From Camelus ferus (lineage: Eukaryota), in contig NC_045697.1 in NCBI RefSeq assembly GCF_009834535.1, forward strand, positions 71,984,001-72,048,000: a stretch of DNA of 64,000 nucleotides, given 5' to 3'. Both the position numbers and the translations under genes were made by a program. This document shows, in pieces, positions 1 through 12,687 of the stretch; the stretch's first letter is position 1, and each line of letters starts with the position of its first letter. Below the pieces are notes generated by a model, which ran no database searches, was not told the DNA's origin, and worked only from the letters and a program-made list of their open reading frames with translations.

Positions 1-1089
1 GGCTTGAATTTGTGAGTCCGAGTTGAAAAGGTCAACACTTCCATCCCTGAAAGGGAGGACATAGGCCCAGGGCTGAGAACTCTGCCTTTCTGCCCAGCAA
101 TCTGCTATCAGCTTGCGTCACCTTTTAGGTGAGAGGAACGGAGAGGAAAGAGAACCTCTTCCAGGCCTTATCTCCCGGCCCCTCCCCCACACTCCTTCAC
201 TGCCGCCTCCTCCTGCCTGAGGTGGAGGCTGTCCGACACCCACGCCCTCCCCTCCACCCACAAGCACTTTCTCCACCTTGTCTTCCTTTTGGGGATCAGC
301 GGCTCCACCAGAGTTCTAATTCCCTTTTAGTTTCTTGTCTGGGAATTTGCTCCATCCGACTGCTGACCTGACTTCCACTCTCTCCTGCATCCTCAGCCTC
401 TCTCTGTCCACTCAGCCTTTCTCTCTGTCCGAAACCTCCCTTCGATTAACAAAATCCTGAATCCTGATACTCTACTGAACTGCTGTTCTTCCTCATTTTT
501 TCCCCTTCAACGGCAAACTCCTTAAAATAACTCACTTTTCTAGTCTTCTTCTGTATCTGTTTATTAAATCTGGCCTTTCCTCTCCTTATAGCCCATTGCA
601 GCACAGTAATCCCTCCAAAAGTAGCTGTATCTAACTTCAGAGCATTGAAAACTTACATATTCTTTACTCGAGCCTATTTGAAAACACCAAGGAAGGAGTT
701 ATTCAGCACACACACAGCATCATTTCAAATGCCCTCCAGACCTCTCTTCCTGGCCATTATTTCAGCTGTCAGAGCAGAACCTCCAATCTCCTCTTCCTTG
801 AAAGTTCTTTCAAATTTTTCTTCCCCCTCCCTATATATGAGTTCTCTGTCTTCAGATAAACTTGTTATTCTGGAAGCTGACCGATCATTCTCATTCATTA
901 CTCCATGCTGGGCAATGCTTTTGAACAAAGACATATTATCAAGAAGAGTCCACTAAATAAAGACTCGAGGTTTTCTCTATTTACAGCTGGAAGCATAGCA
1001 CCCCTCCACCCCACCCCGGTCCCCGGCCATTTTCTTCTGCGTTCCTCTGTGATGCCCCTGAGGACAGAGCTGCCTGTCGCACAGGACTT

Positions 1090-1578
1090 GGTGCACCAGC
1101 GTCTCTTCTAACCACCCCTGACACTGAGAGATTTGATCTGCAGGGAAAGCAAATCAACCCCAGAATTCGATTCAACTGCCTTCACAGCCTTTATTCAAAC
1201 TTGCCATTTGGTTTTGTTCTCTGCAAACTTCCATGAAATCCCTGCTCTCCTCAGTTAATCTGGAAACCTTCATTAATATAAATCTTGGCTATAAATTGCT
1301 TGAAGTATAGTCAGTTTACAATGTTGTGGCAATTTCTGGTGCACAGCATAATGCTTCAGTCATACATAAACATACATATATTCCTTTTCATATTCTTTTT
1401 CATTATAGGTTACTACAAGATATTGAATATAGTTGCAGCAACATGGATGGACCTGGAAATCATCATTCTAAGTGAAGTAAGCCAGAAAGAGAAAGAGAAA
1501 GAAAAATATTTCCATAGTCTCGAATAAAGTCTTCCTTGCCATTTCAACAAGTGTCAGAATAAGTTTTTCTTTAATACA
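1090..1578 (+). mobile_element. Old ERV1-type LTR (MER31/MER67-like) interrupted by the L1 fragment
   Basis: 3' end AATAAAGTCTTCCTTGCC...AAGTGTCAGAATAAGTTTTTTCTTTAATACA resembles this group; left boundary uncertain. Confidence 0.45.
1300..1508. mobile_element. L1 3' fragment with 5' inversion
   Basis: Minus-strand L1 3' UTR (1300-1434) joined to plus-strand ORF2-end sequence (AATWMDLEIIILSEVSQKEK). Confidence 0.8.
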
Positions 1579-1579
1579 A

Positions 1580-3070
1580 ATCAACAGGAAAAAAGACAAA
1601 CAACTCAACTAAAAATGTGTGAAAAAGATGAACAGGAAACACAAAGGCAAACTTATGGCCAATAAGCATATAAAGAGATGCTCAACTTCACTAGTAACCG
1701 GAAATATACAGAGGCAAATCACAGAAAGAGACCATTTCAAACTCATTAAATTAGCAATAGATTGTTTTTAAGTCTAAAATTTCCAAAACTTGCCAAAGAT
1801 GTGGAGAAAATGTGACTTCTCTTCAGCTTCTGATGAGAGTGTAAATAAGTATAAGAGTTTGGAGACCAATGTGCTGTTGTTATTCAGTAAAATTACGTAT
1901 GTGCATATCCTATGACCCATTTCTTACAAGTCTAGCTATGTACTCTGACCTTTCTCACAGAGTTTCTGTGAGACAGTTTAGCCCTAATGCCTTAAGGCAT
2001 CCATACATATAATAAATTATTTGATGTTCTATGTATATGTAATGGTACTATGTACCGTCCTTAAGAGATGAGAGAAAACACTCACTTAAATCATTTTCTA
2101 TGGGACTTACTTGTCTCACAAGACTTCAGTTTAGAAAAGCTCTAGATCAATGATTCTAAATCTGCAACCATCCAAGTGTCACCCAAGGGCATTTAGAAAT
2201 ATGAGGGTAATGGGGCTATTTTTTGGTTGTCATTAATGACTGAGTGTTACTACTAATAAATAATACCCTGGAAGCCAGAAGTCATTAATAACCTACAATG
2301 CACAGAACACTTTCGCACAAAGAATTGTTCTGTCTGAAATGCCATTAGCACCCAGCTCACACACAGGTACGATGAGACATGTATAAGAAGGTACTGTGCA
2401 GGGATGTTTGTTAGAGCAAACAGCTGGGAAGAAAAAAAAATTATTATTGTCAAGAAAATGAACTAAGATCACACAGATAAAATGAATGAATTAAAACTAC
2501 AAGGACTAAAATATGGGCCCCCAAAAAGCAAATTGCCCAATGAAGTGTCCAATATATCTTCTTTACTCAGCTTGAAAAATGGAAAACAATCCAGTGTATT
2601 GTTTATGGATATACAGATACATAGCAAAAATACAAAAACATGAATATATATGGTAAGATTAAGTTCATGATAATGATACTGATGAGATGTACACATGCAA
2701 TGGAATACTATAAAGCAATGAAAATGAGTGGACTACTATTACAAGCAGCAGTGTGAATCAATTTCACAAATGTAATTTTGAACACAAGAAGGCAGATAAA
2801 AAAGATTACATTCTCCATGAAAACCTATGCATTGTACAATGTTAGAACTCATAGTAGCAGTTTCCTTTGGGAGGAAACAGTGTAATCGCTGGGTGGGTAG
2901 GGGTGGGGAGCAATGGAGGCTTCTGAACTGCTGATGAATATAGTCTGTTTCATGGTGTAGGTGGTGGTTCCACGGATGGATTTACTGGGAAGAATTCATA
3001 GAGCTATATAATGATGATCTGTCCACTATTCTGTATGTATGTTCTGCCTCAATAAAAATGTTTATTTAGA
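1580..3070 (+). mobile_element. Degraded ancient L1M 3' region with a nested MER20-like fragment (~2150-2350)
   Basis: L1 ORF2-end-like motifs (TGGCCAATAAGCATATAAAGAGATGCTCAACTTCACTAGTAA; AATGGAATACTAT) ending CTCAATAAAA. Confidence 0.6.
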
Positions 3071-3554
3071 GAAAATTTAATCATCTTTCCCACTTCTTCC
3101 TGAGTTCTCTTTCTGACTGATTCATATCTGTTAATCATACCAGAATTTTTTCTGAAAAATAGGCTCACGCCATCATTTTTGGTCTTTCAACTCCAGCAGA
3201 CCAACTCTTGCCAAGATCAACTGATACCAACTGGAACTTTTATCAGATGTGTCTTTCCTTCTTTCCCACCAACATCAAACAGATCTTCTGTTTTCTCTCT
3301 TGCTCTGCATTTTGTTAATCAAGTTAGAAACCAAGATGTTTTTGGCATCCTATCCTAATAACTCACAGAAGATTTCTGTCTCTTTGAATTTTTAGATTCT
3401 TTGGTAAACAACATATGGGATAGAAATCAGTCAGGATTTTCCTGCTAATTTCTAGGGAGATAGAGAGCATTTCGCTGGGAATGTCTTGTCCTCTAACGCC
3501 TTTTCCTTCTTTTCTTTTTTTTACTTTAAAATATTTTTATTCAACAGAAATTAA

Positions 3555-3556
<2 letters not shown>

Positions 3557-3589
<33 letters not shown>
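3557..3589. repeat. (TG)n microsatellite
   Basis: About 16 TG units. Confidence 0.95.
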
Positions 3590-3590
<1 letters not shown>

Positions 3591-5659
3591 TACATACAGA
3601 GGCAAAAGAAAACCCGAAAGTCTACAAGTTATACCCAGAACTCAAATTTTTATAACATTTAAATTATGCTCACATGGACCTGAAAGCACACATTAATAGA
3701 TTAAAATTATGAACTTTATAAAAATACTAACCATTTAAACATTTATCAGATGAGCAAATAAAATATTCCCTTTTCATTTGGATATCATAGCAGTCCCTGA
3801 GACCCGTAAGTAACTATCCTTCAGATAGATTTATTAGTACAGATTTGGGTACATTTCAAAGCAGTTTCATATACATTATCTTATTTGATTCTCCCATCTG
3901 GCCTAGGGGTTGGTAGTACTGACTCTTTCTGTATGAATTTTCTGTGTCAGTGGCAACACTGCCAGCCTCCCTGTGTGAGAACAGGGATGTCCGAGCTGGA
4001 CAAATGAGTGGCTAATTTAAGAAACAACAGTAACCCTAAATCGTCCTCACACTGGGTATCAACTAAAATGCTTCTGCCAAATTTACATATCTGGGACATG
4101 GTTTTATTTGGAACAGCAAAAGTTGTTCCTAATGGATGGTTTTCCTTTCTGGCAAGTTGCTCTGGCTGATGTTGCAAACCTCTTCATTTCAGTTCTGATT
4201 TAATTTAGGTTGCATGCTCTATCCCCAGTGGTGTGACTCTAGCTCACCTTTCAAATTATAATTTTTACGTTTCGTATCACTAAATCTTTCTCATCTTAAT
4301 AATTTATCTGTATAAAATGTCTGTATCCAGACTCAAAAAGTTAACAGCACTGACTACAGACCTAAATTCAATTTTGAAAGATTTTATGCACCCCAATTAT
4401 TTCAATAATATGACAATCAAATACCTGTCATACATAATTAAGGTACCATTATTTTAATGTCCTTTCAAATGAACTGAATGTGTCCGAGTGTGACAGATAC
4501 AACTGGACTGATGAGTGTGTAGCTGAACAACTCTGACAGAGAATCTGGTGCAAAAACTGATAATACCATTCAAATGGCAACTTAAGTTGGACTTCAAAGT
4601 TTTATTTCAGTGAGAGCAAATGTATCAAGTTCTCCTAGTCTATCAGACAGAGGTCAATGGCTGGCTTGCAGGCATTTACACTCAGAAAGTTGCCTTTATT
4701 ACCAAATAGCCTTCAAGTTTTAAAAATCAAACTTCAGTTTCTAGGAAAGGTACTCAAATTTCAAAAAGGGTAAATAATAAAGATGAGAAAGCATGACATT
4801 CTATGTTTTTATCCTCTCATTGTGTTACTCTATCCTAGTGAAAAAAACACAAATAGATTCAAAAGCCCTTATGGCTTCGTACAAGAAGACCTCTTCTAAG
4901 TGATGATCTGTAAATGATTTGCATATAGATTTAAAAGTTAATCCCAGAGAAATGAAAATTGAAGTGATAGGGTTGATGAGATCAGTATGATGAAAAACTA
5001 AGGAAAGTGAAGAAAAAAATTTGGTGACTGAAAGGAGGAGGAAAATATATATTTATCACACCCATATAATGTCAGAGACATTGTTATATAGTTGGCCCCT
5101 AAGAAAATATTTTCACAAAAAAATATTAATTTAAGGCTTTTGGCTCCTCATTTTACAGGTGAATAAACAAAGACTCAGAGATGTCAATTAACTTTCCCCA
5201 GACCACACAGCTAATATATTTAATTGCTAAGACATGAACACTGGCCCATGTAACTCCAAAGCCCTTGCTTCCTCCTCCCAGTTGCCCTGCAAAGGAAAGG
5301 AGATTCCAGGAAAGTAGTAACTAAGGAAACGGGAAGAAGGATAGTCTCACATCACAGAAACCATCTAATGAGTCATTCCAAGAGGGAAGAAATAAGTTCC
5401 AGTGAAAAATCTGCCTTTATATTCCTAGCATTTAGCCAAGAATGAGTGAGAAACTACAGGACTGCTTCAGAAAGAATGAGAATGAGTGTTAAGAACATAG
5501 CCTGCTACCTAGAAAAATCACTTGTACTGTTCCAAAAAGAAATTTCAGAGAATAGGTAGTGAATTTTTTAAATTATGGACAATTAAATATTTGAGGAGCC
5601 GATGAATAAGAGGAGAGAGCACGTAGTGACCAGTCAGCAAGCGGAAAGAACAGGCAGCG

Positions 5660-5900
5660 CAGTGCAGGGTAGCGGTTACCATCCTGGGAACCAGGACGCC
5701 CGGGCTTCCTAACTTGGTACACATGTGACCTTGGCTAAGTTCCTCGGCTTCTCTGTACATCCGTTTTCCATCTTTAAGATGGAGATAGTGACTGTACTCA
5801 CCTTATACAGTTGTGACTCTGAGAAGTAAATGAGTTAACATACGTAAAGCACATAAGGCAATGTCCGATGTGTAGTCTCATTTCAGCATTAGCTGATGTT
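5660..5900 (+). mobile_element. MIR SINE
   Basis: MIR core TGTGACCTTGGCTAAGT...TTTTCCATCTTTAAGATGGAGATA...TAAATGAGTTAA. Confidence 0.7.
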
Positions 5901-7186
5901 TCAAGATGTTGGGCCATGTCGGGAAGGAGAGGCTTCAGAAATCTCGGGGAGTAGCAAAGTCAAGAAAAAAGGAGTATTTTAAAGAAGAAAATTCTTGTGA
6001 TGTGTGTAGACATGGAGAGAAGGAAAGATTCAGGAGAGACAGATGAAGACAGGAAGAGGTTATGGGAAAGATGAGCACATTCGGAGGAACTGGCCTTAAA
6101 AAAGGGAAAAGGATACAAGTTTTGACACAAAAGGGATGCTGGAGAACAGATGAGGGGGACACAAGCGAGGACACAGAGCACTTTCAGAAAGTGACTGAGG
6201 AGGTGAGACAGCAAAGTTCAGAGATTCCAAATAACCTTCGCAGTTTCCTCATAAAAGGAAGACAAGGTCGCAGGAAGAATTTTGTAGAGTAAGGAAAAAC
6301 TTTTTGGAACAATTACTCTTGACAGTATGAAAAGGTGTTGGTTAAAGATGAATAAAAGCATCATTAGTATCAGTGAAGTGTAGGCTAAATTCCTAGTGGA
6401 TTCAGGTACAAATTTTCACAATTTTCAAAACACATAGACTAGAGCCTGATAAACTAGGCTGTGGGGAGCAGGGAAGCACTGAGACGGATCCAGTGAGACA
6501 ACAAGCTCCCCCAGCAGCCAAGGTGCACTCAGTGCTCCTCCTCCCCCAGGGGCGGGACATCGCCTGCAGCTTTCTTGTAAGCACCTGTCAGTCAGGATCA
6601 ATGAAAACCACTTCTTACACAATTACAGTTTTCAATTTTAACTAATTGTTAGTATGACCACATAAAAGAGAGTAACTGACTTCTGTTTCTAAATCCTGTG
6701 ATGTTCAAAAACTATATGATTTAAAATAGTAAATAGGTCTTTGGTGAAATATGGCAGGCTAGACAAACATATTTTTTTCTAGTCCCTCCTGAAACTTCCT
6801 AAAATAAAAGACTAAAAAAACCATAAAGTCACAAGGACAGAAAGATTGGAAGATGAGAGCACTGAGATATTTATTTTGGAAGACGAAAAGAAGAGGGTGA
6901 GTTCTGGCTTCACAGAGCGAAAAAGTCAACAAGAAATAAAGGGATGCAGAGCCCGGAACCTCAGAAAAGTTCAGGGAACAGAGGTGCCAAGTCTCTCTGA
7001 AGGGGGCAGGGAAAGAGTGGAACTAGAAGTAAGGGAATTCGTTGTAAGTTTATATAGGGAGCAATTAAAACCCCAGATCATTGCTCCCAAGCCAATACAG
7101 CAGGGCAACCACCCCAAATGATGACTGGAGACTTACCCTCTGGGGAAACTGAACCAGAGAGACCCTCGATTCAAGGACACAGAGCA

Positions 7187-7324
7187 GGGGGAAAGGGTAC
7201 AGCTCAAGTGGTAGAGCGTATGCTTAGCACGCATGAGGTCCTGGGTTTAATCCCCATACCTCCTCTTAAAATAAATAAATAAATCTAATTACCTCCCCCA
7301 CCCAAAAATAAAATAAAGTAAAAA
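7187..7324 (+). mobile_element. tRNA-derived SINE, Vic-1-like (camelid)
   Basis: G-rich head, A-box-like AGCTCAAGTGG, B-box-like GGTTTAATCCC, (AAAT)n, CTAATTACCTCCCCC and an A-rich tail. Confidence 0.85.
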
Positions 7325-8060
7325 AGGCACTGAGCAAACTGAAGCCTGGAGTAAAGTACATGAGTGAAGACAACAGTATGGAGTCAGACATTCACAGCCC
7401 CCCTTCTTTTCCCACCCTATTTCCCCATCCTTCCTACTCCAGAATGGAGAAAAACCAACCACACAAGAGACAAGAGCAGTAGACAAGCCCCACAGATACA
7501 CAGAGCTTCTGGTTTGTTTTTTGAACTTTAAAAAAAAAAAAGAAAGAAAGAAAAATTATGCTCTACACTGGAATTTGACACTACATTGTAAAATGATTAT
7601 AAATCAATAAAAAATGTTAAAAAAAAAAAAGGATGCTTTCCACTGTTCTATATAGTATTTCTGTATATTATATAACTTTTCAGTTAAGTTACGGAAGGGC
7701 AGAGTTTTTCTGTTCTGTCCATGGATGGCTTCTCAGTACTTAGAATAATGCCAGTGCATATTAGGTGCTCAATAAATACTTGAATCATGAAGTGTATTTA
7801 AAACCTGCTTGACCCTCATGGAGACCCAAGCACCTCAAAAATGTTATCTTTGTATTTGTAGAGTATCACTCCCTTTCAGTTATTGACAAAGTAAGTCTCC
7901 CTAACAGCACCACACTTGGCAGCTAAATTCCACTTCATTGAACCTCGATTTTAAACATAAAACTCACAATAGTCAACTTCTAAAAATGGCTGATATTAAT
8001 CTTTCTTCTATTAGAAAGAAGAAACAAATGGCTCGTATCACTTTGTATTTAATGGCATCC

Positions 8061-8220
8061 TTTTTTTTTTAAGTGTAGTTGATTTACAATGTTGTGTTAG
8101 TTTCTGGTGTACAGCATGGTGATTCAGTTACACATACACATGCTTTTTCATATTCTTTTCATTATAGGTTATTACAAGCTATTGAATATAATTCCCCGTG
8201 CGATAGAGCAGGACCTTGTT
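8061..8220 (-). mobile_element. L1 3' end fragment
   Basis: Poly-T then AAGTGTAGTTGATTTACAATGTTGTGTTAGTTTCTGGTGTACAGC. Confidence 0.8.
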
Positions 8221-8288
8221 CTTGAATGAAAGCACAGGAGGTTCATTTAGAGAGACTGATTACGGACTACTGGAGGAATGAGCCAGGT

Positions 8289-8304
8289 GGGCCCTCTAGT
8301 GGCC
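8289..8304 (-). promoter_or_regulatory. Candidate CTCF site
   Basis: Minus strand GGCCACTAGAGGGCCC fits the CTCF core CCACYAGRKGGC. Confidence 0.55.
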
Positions 8305-11300
8305 TTGAAGAGCTAACACTCCCCAAAGTACCTGACATTCCTGAGGAAGCAACGTCTAATAAACACAGTCCATCCAAAGCTTATGCTCGCGGGGGGAAGA
8401 CCCACCTGTTCGTATAGATATTGAAATGCCTTCTCCCTGTGTTTGTACAATAGTCAGAGAGAGAAAGGATCCGAGCAAGTGTCACAGGGTAAGATAAGAA
8501 ACATCACTTAGTGGCAATAACTGAATAACCGGAGAAATGGAATCCTTCCCTCAAAACTGTCTTCTTATTACGCCTCTATTACCTTGACCTTTCCCCCGAG
8601 ACACGCATGCGCCCACATGCCCACAGCAAAGCGCACACACCTGCCACGTGGGTTGTGGTGCTAACATTTATCGAGGCTAGAGCAAGGGGACCAGGGAAGT
8701 TTCACACTATTTCTCTAAATATAAAATCAAGCTAACAAACTGTTAAACAAAATATCTTCTACTTCAGCAATGCTTTGGCAATTCTAGGACTTTGATGGTT
8801 CCATATAAAATTCTACCCTCCTACCATGATAAATACGCTTCCATGGCAACAAAATTTTCAAAAATACATGTAAAATATGGTCTTTATATGACTGAATACA
8901 GACAAAATGCTGAAGGCAACTAAACTTAAACATTATAGCATTTCTGAGTATTCTGTGATGGACCAAAGATGAACATTAAAAAAGACATCCCTAAGTCATG
9001 CACTTCAATGATTCTGTAACATTTATTTTGTTCTTCCTATATTCCAGAACAACCAAGAATCATGCTGTTATAATCTAGATTGTCACATAATTTGTGTTCC
9101 TTTGATAGTAATGTCAAGCTACAACTACTTTTCTTAACTCACTCTTAGATGGTTTCTTATTATTTTTAATTTGGAAAAACTTCATTGTGTTGAAGAAGCC
9201 GCAACAAGAAATCATCAACCAAATTCTCAAAGCTAGACTTGGAATTCAAAATGAACCACGAGTTTTACACGTCATGTTCAATCACTGTAATGGGGTCACT
9301 CAGGTTAAATCTATCCCAAGAAAATATTAGAAAATATTCTAATTTTATTATTAAAATCAGTATCGCTCACGTTTCTCTACCCACTATCTCTTAAAGCAAA
9401 ATAGATCCTAATAGTAGTTCTTAAATTCCACTGCTTTCCATTTTTTTAATGCCGTAAGAGAAAACTGAAAATAACAGTATGATGCTCGATTTGTTTAAAT
9501 CTCTCTTCACTGGAGATTACAGTCCAGAAACCAGTCCCCAGAGGAACCAAGTGCCAGGACTGTTTACAGTTCATGTCAAGGCCAGGTGCATGGGTGTCGT
9601 CCTGGCACACCCCTTCTCTGCCTTCAGGAGGACTTCTCGTTCCTAGAAGTGTATTTCCAGACTCTTAGCTTCATTCTGCTCTCTCACTGGATTGGTAGTC
9701 CACCCAGGTTCACAACTGCACAGTGTATTCTATTCAGAACATTCAACAGAATACAGTGCCACTGGTCTCCAGCATTGATGTTGGCAAGTTTAGTGCCACT
9801 GAGCTTCCAGTTCCCTTGGATGGGATCTGTTTGATTATTCTCAAAGCTTCTCGAATATTATTTTCCTAGATATTTGCATGGCTGGCTCTTCTTTCTCATC
9901 ATCCAATTCTCTGCTGACCTCTTAAGGGATGTTTCTCGATCAATCAAAGAAGACCTCACATATCATTTTCACATCACCAAGCCCTAAAACTTGAAAACTA
10001 AAGTCAAACTTTTGAGTCATTCAATTTTATTTGTCCTCAGAAAGCAGGGCCCTTGGGGCAAGTTATCTTCTTCCCTCCACAAAAATTATTATTTACTAAG
10101 TTAAGAGTTAATGTGATCATCTTGGTTCTGTTAGAGCAGTGACATGCAGAAGGCAGTCCTGCAAGGCAGACAAGAGTGCAGGCTTCAACACCAGACACCT
10201 CAGTCCTGATTCAAGCCTCACCATTAGGAGCCGTGTGTCCTTGGTTTTATTTGACCTAAGCCACAGCCTCCTCATTGTAAGAGTGCTTGTCTCCTCAGCT
10301 GTTTCACGGATCAAACGAGATCATTCATCTAAAGTTCTAGGCATAGTCCTTGAACATCTAATAAATGTTAGCTGCAATTATTATAAGAAGTTATCTATTT
10401 GAACATTTCCATATTCTTTGCAAAAATCTTCCCTGAAAGCATCATTCATTACTTTTCATAAAATAATTTCCTCTCTTAGTTTAGTGCTAATACAAAACTG
10501 CCTTTTCAAATACACTTGAGATTTTCCGTAATCAGGTGGGAAGAAGTGAAGGACCGATCATGCTTTCTTTCCAGAAGGAAACTCAGGTCATTTGTGCTAA
10601 TAACCTCTTCCAAATACCTTCTTTCTGCTTTTTTTTTTTTTTTTTTACTTGGCTGGCTTCCTTTTAATTTTATTTTTAATTGTTCTCTTTTATATTGTGT
10701 TTAACTGTGTAGCTTGCGGATCTGTCATTTATAAGCTGAGTGACACTGAAGAGATTATTTAATATTTAAAGCTCCACTTTCTTAATCTGTCAAATGAGAA
10801 TGCTGTGGACACCAATGACATCCCAGTCTCACTTTTTAATAACCACTTCTCTGCTGCATCTACATTTCCTTGGGGGCGTACAAGGGACCCAGCCGTCTAA
10901 GCACTTAGACTAGTCTAAGTGGACATCTAATTCAAGCTGGACCAAGGAGACACTTGCCAGAGTTGTGAATTTAGGACCAGAAGAGGCGGGTCAATTTCCT
11001 TCTAGCAGCTGAAATTATAAAACTTAGATCTCAGGAGTTGTTAGTGGCTATGCTTCCCATTTATGAAGGAGCCAGCCCACAGTAAAAGGAAAGAATGGCT
11101 CAGAGATGCAGAAAGAAGAAAGAGAGGGAGGCCGGATGATTCTCATGGTTCCAGGTTCTTGATCTCCCTGTAGCTTGGTTGTTCCATTAGACAGCCCATT
11201 ATCTCTCCAATAAATTCTCCTTTTTGCATACATAATTTGGGGTTGCTTTCCAAATAGTTCTTATATATAGGAAATAATCCCTACTTTCAGTTCTAATAGT

Positions 11301-11865
11301 TTTGCTATGTAGTTCTAATATGTAGAAAATAATCCCTAATTTTAATAGTTGCTATAAAAGCTAAGGGAGATAAAATAAGGCTCTGGCATATTACCTGGCA
11401 TTTACCATATGTTCAAGAAATGATACCTCTTAACATTATTTAGAAAATGGGAACACGCATTCTAAATCAATTAATTAATGAATACAATTTTAATAGCTTA
11501 CAAATCTTTCAGTTTCAAAATCACTCAGAGATTCTTTGGTTTAGGATCTTAGAAAGAATTGCAAAATAAGAGAAATGCTCTGAATTAATTTTGCTATCAT
11601 ATAAATCTATGTGACTCTTACACAGTTAAACAATCTTAGAGAATAATAAAGCCTCTGACCTAGTAACCTACAATTTCTTGCTTAACTCATGTGTTTATAG
11701 TAAATAGATGGAGGGAAAGTGGAAAAAGAAACAGACTTACACTCCGCTTATCCCACATATATACAGGAATAAATCTGACACAATTAAATGTGCGAAATAC
11801 TGACTTGACTGAATTCACAGCAGTCTCCATAGTGTGTCAAGGATGCAGCAGAGTGCAAAGAATTA

Positions 11866-12039
<174 letters not shown>

Positions 12040-12564
12040 CTACACAGAAAAATAAGGGAGGAAAAGGTTACAAGAAGAAAAAAGATGGCACATACAGGCA
12101 GGAAAACAGAATTTAGTGGGTTTTATTTACATGAGAAAATTTGTATGTCTATTCTGTATGTGGTGTGATCTTTTTAGGTTTATAAAATTTCTCTCCCTCT
12201 AAGTGTATGCCCATTTGTTAGATTCTGCTGTTTCTGTTCCTTCATGTCAGGGAGCATATCCTTCCTGTGCTGATGAATACGGATGGAATACAAATTATGT
12301 ACATCTGTTATTGGACATCAAAGTGCTAGTATTTACTCCAAATTCTACAATACAAATCAAGTGTTCCTCCTGTACTTAGCAATACGTTGACTCTTTTCTT
12401 TCTCCTCACATTCACAAATCTAATATCTACACTGCTCGCATAATTGTAAGAATAAAATTCCTGCCTGTATTTGCATCTATCAGGTAGCTTTAGTGGGTAA
12501 AACAGCAAACTATACTGTTCAAATAAATGAGAAATAAAGCCAATTTTAAGTAAAGCCCATTTAC

Positions 12565-12687
12565 CTGACCATATGTCTTTAATAACATCTTAAGCATTCT
12601 TTCAAAAAAGAAAAGTATGTAAAATCCACCAAACACAGCAACTGCCTTCTCAACATAGTTGTCAATCTTAGGGTTGAATCCAAATGC
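12565..12687 (-). CDS. SLC39A8: SLC39A8 exon 5 (TM3)
   Basis: Acceptor tctcccttag|[44 protein letters not shown]; donor CAG|GTAAAT; 123 nt. Confidence 0.97.

Noticed and set aside
725..934. 69-aa charged ORF on the gene strand
   Set aside because: No resemblance to ZIP8 exon 7 or any protein I recognise, and no clear splice context; BLASTX would settle it.
4509..4536. TGATGA...CTGA box C/D-like pair
   Set aside because: Too short, opposite strand to the host transcript and no terminal stem.
7187..7262. tRNA-like sequence
   Set aside because: Followed by a SINE body and A tail and present three times; a SINE head, not a tRNA gene.
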